A stretch of 63,681 bases of DNA, counting the filler, from Rhabdomonas costata (taxonomy: Eukaryota), in NCBI GenBank assembly GCA_019059605.1. It is 25 parts of 25 records of this genome, joined end to end, with 100 filler letters (N's around TTAATTAATTAA, not from the genome) between each part and the next. Parts side by side here need not be neighbours in the genome. Positions count along the whole stretch, not along the records: positions 45,939 to 48,391 come from JAHMHO010003353.1; positions 48,492 to 50,940 come from JAHMHO010003354.1; positions 51,041 to 53,488 come from JAHMHO010003355.1; positions 53,589 to 56,035 come from JAHMHO010003356.1; positions 56,136 to 58,584 come from JAHMHO010003357.1; positions 58,685 to 61,133 come from JAHMHO010003358.1; 19 more parts are not named here. One strand, 5' to 3'. The first letter of the stretch is position 1, and each line of letters starts with the position of its first letter. The notes beneath the pieces are model-generated. The model did no database searches, was not told the DNA's origin, and saw only the letters and a program-made list of their open reading frames with translations. Both the position numbers and the translations under genes were made by a program. Of the stretch, positions 47,731-61,233 are shown piece by piece.

Positions 47731-50700
47731 CTGAAGGTGGCCTGCCTGATTGTTGAAATGGATATATGTGAGGCAGTTTCTCTGCCTATCTGCCGAATGG
47801 TCACCATCAGAAAACATTGTGCAGAGTCTGGGATGGGTCGGGTCGTCGCATTAACCCTCTGTCCAATGCAACTGAACGAATGCATGTAACACCATTCTTT
47901 TCGGTCGGCGTTTCGGCTTATACCTTTTGAAGCCAAGTAGACGCAAAGGGGTAGTTTGAAGAAGAGGGGGAGATGCAAAGGTGAACTCTTCCCCTGCCAG
48001 TGCCAAGTTCACATTTTTTCCGGTGGTGGGCTGTCTTTTTTTTTCAGTGGTGGTTGCTCTCGAGTTTCCACTCAAACGCGTGCGCCCAACCAAATACAGG
48101 CGAGAAAAAGGGAACGTCGAAAACCCTGCACAAGACAACAGGAACCAAGTATGTTATGTAGGTTTCTGTTCCTCCTCCACCCACACTGTAAAACCACAGG
48201 TCGCCACTTTCCAAACCTCCTCCTCGTCGCATCGTACTCTGTGATCCCTTGCAAAAAGGCGACAGCACGAGTTTTCTTATATTCCCTTGCAGAGCGGGCT
48301 GTGGGCCAGGCCGCGCTCAGCCCCGTCGCAGCCGGAACAGCCCTCCAGCGGTGAGCAGAGCAGTTCATCTGCCGAGCCCTCGACTGTCACCNNNNNNNNN
48401 NNNNNNNNNNNNNNNNNNNNNNNNNNNNNNNNNNNTTAATTAATTAANNNNNNNNNNNNNNNNNNNNNNNNNNNNNNNNNNNNNNNNNNNNCACAAGTCC
48501 AGGACCTTGGTGGCTAGCGGTGGAGATGCTGCCCTCCCCTCGTCCTCTCCGTTCTACATACCCATCCGCTCTCCGCCTTTCACTAGAATCGCAAAGCCCC
48601 CTCCATTCGGTGATCTGTACATTACCTCGGAAAGACTCTATCCTACCTAATCAGCCGAGATCGGGGAGCACGGGTGAGTGGCGGGCGCGAGGCCGCGCTC
48701 CTTGGCGAGGTCGGGATGACCATCCCGGCATGCTGGGGCTGTCGAGGAGCCAACTTGTACGCGTGAATTGGGGGGACTTTGACTTGAGCGCACTGCTAAA
48801 TGTACCTTCTAGTATCATCTAGGTCAGCAGTACCGCCAACACAAACTTAAACTGCACCCACGAGGCAAGGTGTCAGCTGCCTAGGGATTTAATCTCCCGC
48901 ATTCACTTGTTGGGGCTTCAAATCTTCAGTTCAAACTCACACGCGCCTGAATGAGTTTATGTTCACAAATGGATGGATTGCAACTTCATTCGACCGTGGA
49001 AGCTCTGGGAATCCGTGGACCTCGAAAAAAACTTCCGCATAGGAGATATGCTCATGCGGAGCAGTTGTATAAGAGCTTACGCGCAACTACGTGGGCATCG
49101 GGCTGCAGCGAACGCCACGGTTACCTACGCCATTGCAGGTCTACAGGTCCATACTTCGGACATTACGCGAGTTCGACGACTGCTCTTCGCTTGTATCTGG
49201 GCCGTGCTAACGCAGCATTCATTCGGCGTGGTACACACACAGCTTCCGCTCCTCGGTGACAGATCACCGAGGAGACCACGGGATCACCACCTCCACAGAC
49301 AAACAAGTAGAAAGCTTGCCCCTCTTCATTAGCACTAGCTACTAACACCCACCGGCAGTTCCGACGGTAAGTGCAAAAGAAGGGATACCAACTTCATCAG
49401 ACGTGCCACCGACCTCACCCCGAGTGGAGACCGCGTTGGTGGTGTTCGTCGGGGGTGTCAACCCCGAATGATCCAGCTGGAATGCAACCTTCGGCGTCAT
49501 CTTCCGGCAAATCTACACCTCGAGGGCAAAACTTCATCTTACAGCTGTGCCGACAACAATCGGGGTGTTCGATCCATCATCTCCATTTACACCCTCGGTC
49601 AACAGCCTCCAAATCCATCTAGAGAACAGTGCAACCCCCGCTGGACGACTTTCAGGGTCTTTGGTTGTAAACGCTGAGTTCGGGTGCGGCGCCGGTCGCT
49701 TGTGCGAAAATGTAGTCGGTCTTCTTCAGCAGTCGCCTTTGCTTAGATTTTGATTCGAACTGTTGGAAGCTGCTGTTGAACGATCTTACTTCTAAGCGCG
49801 AGCACGGAAAACATGAGAATCGGTGAAAGGCCAGAAAGGCCCCTGAAGATGGCAGATTTTGTTTGACGCCCTTCACGCGGAAAGGCATCCACCATCAGGC
49901 ATACTGCCAAGAGAAAGTGAGTTTGGAAGTTTGGAAATTGAGCCCGTCCTCCCGCCAGATAGAGCATACATTACATTACATTGAGTGCGGAAGATGGTGC
50001 GCTGCTTCAGCGACGATGATTTAGTACCGCCGTTCGGCGAGAAACCGAGGCAACTCCGTTTGGAAGATGTCAGCCTATTATTTCGAGCAACTGTCAGGCT
50101 GTCAAGTACACCGAAGTGCAATCCCTTTACAACCAGGAATTGTTTCCATTGTGCACAAAGTCCTCCCAGTCCGGATTATCCGCCTAATCTTTCCCCAGTT
50201 CCGAGTCTCTGGCACAAGAGCGGAAGCAGACCCATCCCAATGGCATTGGGAGCGGACACGCCGCTTAACGTTGCACCCTCATTTGTCATGCGTGTTCCCA
50301 ACAGTGGTCGCCCACCACCTGCCTGCCTTGGAGGCAAGAGGAACAGCCGAGGTTGGAGTGCACTGTAAGTGCGTTACTTCAGTCCTCGCAATGCGAAACC
50401 AGATCAAAAACGCGGCTTCCGGTCCAACACCATGCAACTAAGTGCCGCATCGCGGAGGAAGAGGCTCCTTTAAGTAATCCGTAGAAGTACTGAAGTCACA
50501 GCCAACGAAACGCAAGAGCACGGATATTTACGTTTACGGGGTTTTTGCAGGGCTAACCGGTCGATTCTTTCTTGCTGCGGCAGAAACACTCGGGATCTTT
50601 CTGCAGATTGTCAAATCTCCTTGCTGTTGTCGAAGACAAGGTGAGGTATAGGACGTCAACACAGTGCATTGCGACCTTCGCACCCTGCAGCCTGCTTATG

Positions 50701-51040
50701 GGAGGAAGTGTGAGGGAGTCGTTGTGTTGCAGCTTTTGCATTTCGCACAGCCTGTTAGGTGGAGGTGGATCGCTGCGGACACTGAGAGAAGATGCAGCAA
50801 CGAATCAGACGAAGCAGAGACGGTGAATAGCAGTAGCAGTGACGGTTCAAGAAATACTGGTTCTGTGAGTTGATCTCAAAGTTCACACCCGCGGGCAGGC
50901 AGATATGAGTCAGGTACCCCAACACGACCACCACAAACACNNNNNNNNNNNNNNNNNNNNNNNNNNNNNNNNNNNNNNNNNNNNTTAATTAATTAANNNN
51001 NNNNNNNNNNNNNNNNNNNNNNNNNNNNNNNNNNNNNNNN

Positions 51041-53397
51041 CGTGCAAGCCGCTATTGCGATGCTCAGAAGCAAGGGTGTGTTAGAGGGTGTGTGGGTGTG
51101 GGTGTGGGTGTGTGTTGTGTGTGCACACGTGCTTTGTCCTTGCAGTTTTGCAGTGAACTTTCACTGAATTACTGTCGCCTCCCGCTGAATAGAGCCTGTT
51201 AACCTGCTAACCATATTAGAGGAAGGGAAATACCGGACTGTGGCTGGACGAGGGCATGAGAAGGGTGACGCATTGGAGCGGTAGGAGAGGGTAAATACGA
51301 GAACTGCAGTGGATGTGAAGACAAACCAAGAAAGAGGAAAAGCAAAAAGAATGAGGGAGAGGGGAGGGTAAGGACGGACACACATCCAAACGCAGCATGG
51401 ACTTTGTCAGGCTTTTAGGAGAAATGGAAGCTGATGTTGCGCTGGCATTGGGTGGCGTCAACACTTGGGCGTTGAACAAAAATGAGGTAGCGATCGCTTA
51501 CGCTCGCGCCGCACGCCACACACCATTTCTTGACAAATTGCACAACGCGAACTCGCTCTTGGCTTCTGTTTGGCCATGCGCGCCCGCTTCTTTGCCAGTC
51601 TTGTTAGGTGGGTTTGTGTTGTGCACTGCTGTGCCGATAGGGGTGAGGGCGGTGTGGTTGGTGGGATACTCCTTCGGGTCTGCCGTGGCGGCGCTGCCCG
51701 CCCGCTCCAGCCCTGACGTGCAGGGTTCGTCGGTGTGCGGGTGGGCGTGGAGAATGAGGGAGCCGCCTGAACGCAAGGAGTGCGTATTTTGGTTTGATTC
51801 TTTTTTTTATGAAAAATTTGGCTTGCTAGAGAGGACTAATCCGACTTAAGTCGCCCACGAGCAGGATTATGGCCTTTGTATGCACAGCAGACCTGACACT
51901 GCGTTTTGGTTTTGTTACAGTATACTGCTTTCTGTGCAGGGATTTCCGGTCCATTGAAAATCGTCTATAGATGTGGTTTTGACGGGAAATTTCGCGCCGC
52001 CCGTCGTCCGTCTGTCCACAGAGGAATAAGAAATCTGATGCTTATTCCCTTCCAGCTACCACGGTCTTCGGATTCGGGTTTAAGTTCCCCAAAATTCCCA
52101 CGGTTTGCAAACTTACCGATGCGTAATCGTTGGAAGATTCATTATTATTTCTTTATAGACATAATGAATCTTCCAAGGATTACTAGGGGCCACTAGCCCT
52201 GCTTCCAAATCTAGGACTTTTTGAAGTTATGGCGCAAGATGTGCGTGTACAGAAAACTTGACTCCCGTTTAAACCTGATGGATACGCGCTCCTCGCTTGA
52301 CGTGCACGGACCATTCCCGCGCAGGATACTGCGCGATCTCCTACCCCGCCGGTTGGCTGGCTTCTATCTTGCTGCGTCATCACTGGAAGGACGGGGTTTC
52401 AGGGTGCCCCAAGCCAAAGCTTTTTATCATTGGTAGAATCATCCCTCTCTGCTCCGCTATTGTTCGTAGATCTGTGCTTACTTCTCCCCGAGTGGAAACA
52501 ATTCGATTCAAAAGATGGCCAGAGGGGTGTTTGACGTACCAACACTTTTGCTGGGATGTCCGGACAGCGTTGCTAGCTCCTCTGGGAATACGCTGGTTCG
52601 GCAGTGATACATACCATGGAACAGTTGTATTTGAAATGCTGCTGAAATCGTTCAGCCCGGTGTGACACAGACCTTATTTGTGTTTATTCAGCCCACGTTG
52701 CTGTCCCGGTTAATTCGGAAAACAGTGCGTGAGCCTTTACCAGATCGGGGTGCGCATGGCAAAACACCATTTCAAGGGCGCTCCCATAAGCTGCAAACCG
52801 CAATTCATTATCTCCACGCCGCACCTCCGCAGACTTCTTTCTCTGGATGAACTGTTCCTTTTTTGCGGTTAAGGTACGGAGGACCAGTTCACGAGCGTTT
52901 CCACGCTGAAGGGGAGTGTGGATGCCCTGAATAGCGGTGCGGTGGGTGGCGCAGCCCCCGCTGAGCTGGTGTGCACGCCAGGAACACTCCACCCTGTCTC
53001 CTTTGAAACTGGGGAAGGGAACCTTTTGTGAGCTTGAGTGTGGACGTGTGTGTTTGTTAATTCGATATGATCTGTGAGAGCTTGGGCTGGTATTTTTATT
53101 TGTCCTGTCTTGTTGGCGACGCGTGTCGCCTTGATAGTGGTCCGGCGGATGCAGCCACGCCATGCTGTTCCCGGGGTTGCCTTTGATCGTTTTGACACGG
53201 GAGTGAGTGTGAGTTTGGTGCGTTGGTGTGTCTATCACCTGAAAATTTTCACCCGGTCGATCAGCATATCTGGTGTGCACGTTGCTTTCTTCACAGGTTG
53301 TCGTGCCAGGAGTGGATCACTTCTGGCTGCAATCCAGCTGCGCTGCTCCTGTGCTGCAGTGGCTGCGTCGGCTCGCGTCGCAGTGGGACCAGGAATG
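51041..53397 (+). CDS. Alpha/beta-hydrolase fold protein, exons 51041-51075, 51641-51724, 52325-52432, 52874-52968, 53297-~53397
   Basis: Spliced VQAAIAMLRSKG-VRAVWLVGYSFGSAVA...VQG-YCAISYPAGWLASILLRHHW...CPKPKLFIIG-TEDQFTSV...AEL-VVVPGVDHFW. It contains the GxSxG nucleophile, the catalytic Asp (EDQF) and the His (DHFW). All introns are GT-AG and in phase. Confidence 0.9.
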
Positions 53398-53589
53398 GTT
53401 TCGGTTTTGCTTCTATGCCTTCTTTTCTCATCAAGCTCTGCTCAGGTGGAACATTCGATTTAACAAACACACACGTCCACAAAACCCCNNNNNNNNNNNN
53501 NNNNNNNNNNNNNNNNNNNNNNNNNNNNNNNNTTAATTAATTAANNNNNNNNNNNNNNNNNNNNNNNNNNNNNNNNNNNNNNNNNNNNG

Positions 53590-55560
53590 CTAGCAGGTCG
53601 TCGTTGCTCGTTTTTTTCTTCGAGACAGCGAAAGGGGGCTGCTGACTCCTGCTGAGACCAATGCACTCTTTCTTTACCCCCCTCCCCCCTTCCTCCCCAA
53701 CCCAACTTGGAAAAGGGAAAGGCTAAAAGACCAAAGAGAAACCAATCCAATCTTTACAACCGGGACGCACCAATAATTGACCAAAAACAAACGCAGAGGG
53801 CGACATTGCACACACCTTTTCCGGAGAGAAAAAAACTAGCGAGGCGGAGGTAGGGAGAACGAGATAGATGGAGGGAAAGAAGTCTGCGGTGAAACCTCGC
53901 TGGCGTACCACGCGCCCTCCCAAAAAGTTGACGCTGAGAGGGGGCAGGTCCAGGAAGGAATATCACATTCACACAAGCACACACAGACAGCTGCCGCCAG
54001 GCCACTTGGGTTGGCCTGAGCCCTCCATTATGGCAGAACCACGTTCCATTCCCAGCGAACCAACACTCAGGCAAAAGATCGCACCCGCAAACACACTTCA
54101 CTACCTTTCTCCGCAGAAACCCCCCCGTCCTGCGTAGAAACACACAGAAACACACAGACGCACATCTAAGAACGGTCCCAGCAGTCTGCGTGGGAACTTT
54201 GACGCACCAAAAGCAGCACACTGGCTACGCACGCAAAACATCCCCTCAGTGCTCAGCCCATTAGCATTATTCCTGTTTTCCCTACGTAGACAGGAAAGGC
54301 TGGCGCCAGGTAACTTCTGCGGCACGGGCCCCCGAACACGAACGCTTCCACCGCGGCCCCAGCTCCGACTGCTTACCCAATACTTCCACAAGGTCACCGC
54401 TATGAAAAATTCGCATCTCCATTTCTGGTCCTTGGGCATGCACGGACATTCGGTCTGATGGCTGCAGCATGCTGAACATGCCCCGGATAGTGAAGCTGTC
54501 CGACCCTGGTGGCGCGGTGACCCTTAGCTCAGAGATCAGAGTTGGCCTACAAAACTGAAACCTAGCCTGAACAGTTCCAGAAACCGCATTTTAGTAAAAC
54601 CTAATGGGGGAGGGGAGCAATGGAAATCGACCAGCAAGCCGACGGTGGACTCTTAAAAGCCGGTCGTGTCGGAACCGCGATCGCAGCCCGCTCTCATACC
54701 TACACCCAACTCAACGCCGCCTACATTTTATTATCACCACACCCATCCTCCCAGTCTCCGCAATTGCGTCGCTCCACTCGTTCGCGGGGAACCTCACCAC
54801 ACCCAGCAGGCGACAAAAACGCAAAAAGGACAGCGTCGCGCCATGCGGGGAGGGGGGGGTGACTGCAAAAACTGCAAAAAACCCAACGCACACGAAAAAG
54901 AGCTCGAGGTTCGCCGTGAATCGCCGCTAGCACAGACGCAAAACCACACCACACATATTCTGGAACCCTCACGCTGCGGAGATGTGCAAGTTCTCCCACC
55001 GCACACCCCTCAGGGCGGGTCGGGGAATCAGTCTACTATCTAGGAGCAGCACAGAGAATGACTGGAAAATGCAATTGCATAGGTTTCCCTGCAGCAGCAA
55101 TGGAGTGAGAAAATGAGAGCAGCCACCCCAAAACAAAATTCGGGAATGTGAGCATGGAATGAATGTGAGGGTCTCTTTAGCAAGTCGTCGTTGTGCAGTT
55201 TTTCTTCGAGACAGCAAACAGTGCTGCTGACTACTGCCAGGACCAATGCAATCTTTTTTGCCCCACCCATTCCCACCCCCTCCCCACCGGAACTGAATGG
55301 ACACGGGCCCCAAAAGGAGCACAGGCAAAAAAACAACAATAAAATCTCTTTCAATACGAAACGTACCAATGACTGGCCCAAAAGACAGTGGACATGGGGG
55401 CAACATTCGAGAGAGAGAGAGACAATAGGAAGGAGGGAAGGAGAACAAGATCGAAGGAGGGAAGAAGTCTGCGGTAAAACCTGGCTTGGGTATCATAAAG
55501 CCTCCCAAAAAGTTGATGTAGAGAGAGAGGCGCAGCCAGGAGGGAAAGTAATACTATTAA
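53590..55560. repeat. Diverged direct repeat, two ~370-bp copies (53590-53965 and 55178-55555), period ~1.59 kb
   Basis: Shared blocks in the same order: tagca(g/a)gtcgtcgttg, ttttcttcgagacagc, gctgctgact, gaccaatgca, gaagtctgcggt(g/a)aaacct, cctcccaaaa(a)gttga. Confidence 0.85.
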
Positions 55561-56151
55561 AGAAGCAACAGACAAAAACATGCCTGCTAAGGTGAAGGTT
55601 CAGCGCAGGAGGTAGCGAGAGAAACGGAAGTGGATTGGGCACAGCAGCCTCACAGCGCCGTGAGGTGAAACCCACCACCGCAAAGACAGCACACAATGTT
55701 TCCGAGGGAGAAAGACGGCGAAAAGAAAAACATCAGCCAGCAGGACCAAACCGAATTCGCTGCCCAATTCAACGACCGGGCCGTCCAGGATGCACATGAA
55801 AAACACTAAGAACGATCACAGCAGTAATTCCTGAGGGCTTTGCCGCCCCCCAAAGCAAAACACAAAACGCTCACCAGAATGCAGCGCAAATAATATAAAC
55901 CTCGGCCTCTTAGCATTCCTCCACTTTGATTTCCTCAGGCTTGTGCTTGGGCGTCAGAACCAAAGAGGGCAGGCTGGCGCAGGGTTCCATCACCGTGGAC
56001 GCCGTCAGAGCCATCGCCACCCCAGCCACACAACCNNNNNNNNNNNNNNNNNNNNNNNNNNNNNNNNNNNNNNNNNNNNTTAATTAATTAANNNNNNNNN
56101 NNNNNNNNNNNNNNNNNNNNNNNNNNNNNNNNNNNGGTTTGGGGGGTATAC

Positions 56152-58584
56152 CTGAACAATGGGAGGTCCTTTGCGCGCCACTCGCGGTGCAGCTCCGACA
56201 GCCTGACCTGCATGTCTAGCGCGGAGCCTATAGCGGCGTCCTCGTGGTGCGTCAGGTACTCCGGGGCGTTCCACAGCGCCATAATGCAGTCGCCAATGAA
56301 CTGAGCAACACACATGCTCGCGCACGTTTGGAGTTCTCCAGGCGGGATTCCGACGAACGATAACCCGCCTCCCGTGGCAGCTGCTTTGGGGGGGGGGATG
56401 GCCACCCCTTCGGAAGTCCTTAGGAAACCTCACAATTATGCAACTGAACCACAGTTTAATGGGCACCCAGCCTTCTTCGCTCGCCCACCGTACCAGCTTC
56501 TCGAAGATGGTCTCTGGCTCGTTGTTCTTCTCCACATCTGCTAGCTTTCCGCGCCCTGCCAACGGAAGTTCGCTTATTCCTTGACCCATCTTTGCTCCTC
56601 GTTTTGGGTGGAACTCCCAGACTATCTGCTTCTGACCTCGGAAAACCCATAACACAGTCCCCGAATCCCCGAAAGGCAAATGGCACATAAATATACGCGA
56701 CAAAAGTTGTCTGCTCACTTCGAAGTGCTCACCGAAAAGAACACAAACCATACCCACACAGACCGTCCTTCAAGGGGTGTACCAGCATTGCACATACACA
56801 ATGACGCACTGGCGCCCCAAAAAAACCCGTTCGTCGCAATATCAACCACTAGGACCAAAAGTAGGGACAGGATTAGGGAAATTATGGACAGGGGCGTTGG
56901 CTCCTGGCTTTCGAGTGCTCCAACCTTGTCCAGAGTTCCCTTGGAACTGTCAATGATCTCGCACATGGCTTGCAGGTACTCCGAAGTGAGCAGCACCAGC
57001 TGCTCGGCGGGAACCCGTTCGCATAGCGTGCTAAAGCCCACGACATCCCTACGAACCAGAAAGAAGCAATAGTCACGGATCCCGAAACCAGTGACCTCCT
57101 GCCCAGCATCTGAAATAACCACCACTTGAATAGTTCTGGACGACCTGTGTGAAGTCTTTACTCCAGTTTCATTCCACTATTCCACGTTGTGCACTTTGCT
57201 GCTGTGCATCCATCCCTCACCCTTCCTCACTCCTCCCTCTCTTTCTTTACCCATCCTTACCCATCCACCCTGTCTCCTCTTCCCCATTGGGGGTTCCTAT
57301 GTTCCTGTCTGCGGCCCTGGTAGACCTCGTGGCTTTAAGGCGGGAGCTGATGAGCTGGCCGGAGATGCTGACGATGCTGACATGGTGCCTGATCTCCAGG
57401 TATCGGGTGTTTTTTGTGGCCTCCGCGAAACCTCTTTGCAAGAAGCAGTGCGACAAGGCTTCACTGCTGCCTGTATATTTGTCGAGTAGCAACGGTAATT
57501 CTCGCATATGGTTGGTATGAAGGTTCGGTTTTGCCTTGCTTCGCCAAGGAGTGCCACTTGGTTGTTTGCCAAGGCTGCTGCGGCGTGCTGTGGTTGCGGA
57601 CTGTGTGCGAGCTCCCGTTGACGGGTTTCTCCCCGCCCTTGGGGCGGTGCAAGCTGCCGTGCTGGGGTGCTGGAAGCAAGGTGTTAGAACTTTAGAGGAT
57701 ACATAACAAAGCAGAAAACCGAACTACCTTTCTTTCAATGTAATACCTGCGTTCACACTCTGCAGGTTTGGTACCCAGACCAAGCTTTGCTGTTTTCCTT
57801 CTTTTTCTTGGGTGGTGTAAAAGCCGTCTAAGAAAAGGAAGCCTGCCTCTCAATTCACACCTTTTCTTTCCCACCTGAATGATCGGAACTAAGGATCCCT
57901 GCGCATCGCTGATATAGGAAGGCTGGTTTCTCAGGGGTGGCCCGGTCACTGCTGCCGGGCTTCTCCCTGCCCATGCCTCTCGGCTGCTCTAACTCGCTAA
58001 CCGTAAGCTTATGAAGCTTCCACTGTCCTCTTGCTGTCAAACGCTCTTCAGGTTGTAAAACGGCTTTACGTTGTCGCGGGAAGAAACGGGAATATTAGAA
58101 CACTTGGTTGACTTTCCTGTGTTTCACAAGCAATCCCATCTGAGCCAAAGGTTTTGGTGTTTTAGAAAGTTTTGGTGACCCCCCCCCATCAATTCCTTCC
58201 TCGCTGCCCATTACAAGCGTTCACACGAAACCATATTGTTCTCTGCTGGCCCTGCATAAATCAGAAACTATGTTTGGGAGGGAGGGAGTGACTGAGAGGT
58301 GACAGGTGATTCGTTAGACTTCAGGTGCTCAGATGGGACCCGCAGCGGTCACTCCTGATTTGACGACGAAGGTACAAAACCTCGGACGTCCGGCGGAGGT
58401 CATACCACCAAACTGGAAGGCGGAGCCGGGAATCAGTGTATCCTAACTATCCTATCGTGAAACGAGGGGATTTCAGCATACATGAAAAGGATGCTGACCA
58501 CACAGCGGTCCATGTCGTTGGTGGAGTCCATCTCCCCGCTCAGCATCATCCGAACCACATCCCGGGGCACAAACTTCACAAACA
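56152..58584 (-). CDS. Class III adenylate cyclase catalytic domain, internal fragment (exons 58584-58482, 57048-56925, 56300-56152)
   Basis: Spliced FVKFVPRDVVRMMLSGE...CVVSILFM-DVVGFSTLCERVPAEQLVLLTSEYLQAMCEIIDSSKGTLDK-FIGDCIMALWNAP...HEDAAIGSALDMQ. Both metal-binding Asp residues and the ATP-specifying Lys (DKFIGD) are present. Introns are GT-AG. Confidence 0.93.
57300..57507 (-). mobile_element. Possible decayed Ty1/copia-like RNase H remnant inside the adenylate cyclase intron
   Basis: TKNTRYLEIRHH...SGQL...AAD loosely follows the copia RTKHIDIRxH...G.I....Q.AD pattern. It lies within the unusually long 1,433-bp intron. Confidence 0.25.
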
Positions 58585-60715
58585 NNNNNNNNNNNNNNNN
58601 NNNNNNNNNNNNNNNNNNNNNNNNNNNNTTAATTAATTAANNNNNNNNNNNNNNNNNNNNNNNNNNNNNNNNNNNNNNNNNNNNGTGGGGGGGGGGTGGG
58701 GGTGTTAAACGATTTAACAATGTAAAATCATTTAAACACTTCAAACGATGTAATGTCGTTTAACGATGTGAGGCAGGAGATTTGTATTGCGGCGCATTTC
58801 AAAAAATACGGTATTTCTTGTGTGGTGGGTTAAAGGGTAGACTTCGGGCGGACTTCGGCGGCTTTGCCCTTGAACAGCGATGAAAGGTTCCGAGGGACTG
58901 CAGTTTATAGAACAGAGTTATTTTGGTGAGGAAGGCCAGCGCCGGAGCGGGCGGCTGAAGGGTGGAAGATGTTTTCGGGGGTCAAGCCCACCAAAAAGCC
59001 ACACTTCTACTTTTGTAGGGGGTTCTTGGGTGCTCGACCCTAAACTGCCAGGCACGGGCTGGCACGACTGTTCAACACCCCAAACACAAAAAACAAAATG
59101 CATCAAAACCCCATGGGAAGCGACACCCATCCCCTACATTCCCTGTAGTACGTCAAGTCCGGACAGCCACCAGTCGGACAGCCACATGTTCTACAAGCCT
59201 ACTGTACTCACCAAGTTGCTCTTGTTTTCTCAGTTACAGAGGAGTCAAGAAAATACCAGGCCCGGTTTCTGTCTGCCCTCAACTTGTGTGAACAGATAGG
59301 CGCAGGAACACCACTACACGACCGTAGGGCAATGTACGGGCATCGACTTCCAGCTCCGGATCACGTATCCAGCCAAACCTTTTGTGCTTTATGCTGCGAA
59401 AATCACCTCCCCCAGCCTTCCCGAGTCCATCGCACTTACCCCCGACGACATTTGCATTGAAGCAAGATGCCACTACCAGCTTTTTACCAGCTACCAGCGC
59501 AAAAGCAGTTGCAGGGCTTTACCACTAAACCACGGTTACAAAGCGTTAGTCCAGTGTAATTCTCAGTGTGTTGGTGTAATTCAGTCGTTTAACTTGGGTG
59601 TTGTTTTCGAAAAAAGTACAGAAGCTATGTTAATATTAATCGTGTTTCTCTTTTACCATTCATCGGGGATGTGCTAATGGCCACACCTTCAGAGGACCCA
59701 CACCAAACCAGCTGAAGGGCTCCTCTCCACTGAGAGGCCACTTGGTAAACATCGGCCAGCACCCTTTGCGAAGTTTCGGTGTGTGGTGGTATGACAGAAA
59801 ATAACGGAGTGAAACACGGCTGACAGTAATGAACCAAGTATACGGCAGGGGATCTAACGGTCGGGAGCAGCATTTGAAAACTATATTCTCTGGCAGGCCC
59901 TGTGCAAGGTACACTTGCCGCTGAACGCTGCCAGTTGGGCACGGCAAACTCGAGCAGATCACGTCAGACAGAAAGGATTATCGCATCAGTACTGATGAGT
60001 AAATCCAGAAGTGGAACAAAAAACCCAAAGCAATGGAGGTCAAATGACGTCCGTAAAAGCCAAAATTACTATGTAATCTCCGGACGGGGTTGAGTAGGGG
60101 CTTGAGAAGGGGGACGTACGGGCACAGAAATTTAACCAATTTCAGTGAATGACACAAGCATTGAGACTCGCAGGTCCCACATTCAGAAAGACGCTCAGCA
60201 AATGACAAATAATGCTGTAATTTCCTTAAATTTCAAAAGAAGGAACATTGGACTTACCAAAAATGACCACCCTGGCGACCGAGATAAGACTTGTATTGAC
60301 TCCTTGGAATGCAGTGAAATACACAGGCGGATGAAAACAAAGAATCAAAGGGAGTCGTTCACGCACCCAGAAGCAAACCTCAGCAAAGCCCCCAAACAAA
60401 ACTCTCAATCTGTGAAAGAGGACAACGTACGGGTTGGTTGTCAAAAAGCAAACTCGCCCAAGCAACCGGTGGATCAGTGAGCTCAGACTTACAAGTGCAC
60501 ACGTACAAGTCCCATGAGCGTGTAAAACGGCTGTTCCAGGGCAAAACAAACATGCTCCTTGAAAGCACCAGCTCTTGAAACACTGGGGTCACGTGCGCGC
60601 GTTGTTCGTGTCACTGAATCCACTAATGCAGAGTGAGAGGATCACCATCGCAAATGATCCGAAAGAATGCAAACGAGAAGCACAGAGAGGAACAGGGAGG
60701 TCCCGAAACCCATAC

Positions 60716-61024
60716 CGTTCCACGGCTGCCCCCACCTCTTCAACTAACCCAATGGCGAAGAACCCAGTGGAGAACACGACAATGACGAGGAGTCCTAAAA
60801 AGCGGTGTGCAGGGATGAAAACGAAAGAAGCCGAGATAGCACAGCAAGAGGAAGTAGAACGGGAAAAAAAGCATCACACCAATCATTAGGATGATGCTGA
60901 CCACATAGTGGTCAGAGATGACCCAGCGGTACCAAAAAATCCTTCGATCCAGCAAGTGTACCAGCCCAATAACTGCGGCGCTCACGAATAGACCGATGAT
61001 AACGACCACCGTGGAAACATTCGC
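60716..61024 (-). CDS. Multi-pass membrane protein, internal exons 61024-60880 and 60794-60716 (weak resemblance to TMEM245/AI-2E family)
   Basis: GT-AG intron 60879-60795 in phase 1 gives two hydrophobic segments: VVVIIGLFVSAAVIGLVHLL and YVVSIILMIG-LLVIVVFSTGFFAIGLVEE. Confidence 0.6.
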
Positions 61025-61233
61025 CTGGAGGAAAAAAAGCAGCATCACGTCACAGCCAGCTCCCACAACCCCCGCCAACGAAATGTCGCGCCACCACAAA
61101 TCAGATAGCAAACCACCCCCACACACCCAACACNNNNNNNNNNNNNNNNNNNNNNNNNNNNNNNNNNNNNNNNNNNNTTAATTAATTAANNNNNNNNNNN
61201 NNNNNNNNNNNNNNNNNNNNNNNNNNNNNNNNN

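Noticed and set aside
48492-50940. Several overlapping 70-130-aa plus-strand ORFs suggesting a pseudogene
   Set aside because: No recognisable domain or splice-consistent model, so it was left unannotated.
2455-61233. Regularly spaced identical TTAATTAATTAA motif every ~2.55 kb, suggestive of a repeat array or CRISPR-like structure
   Set aside because: It is always embedded in N44 on both sides and gives stops in all six frames, so it is an artificial spacer. The even spacing reflects contigs sorted by length.
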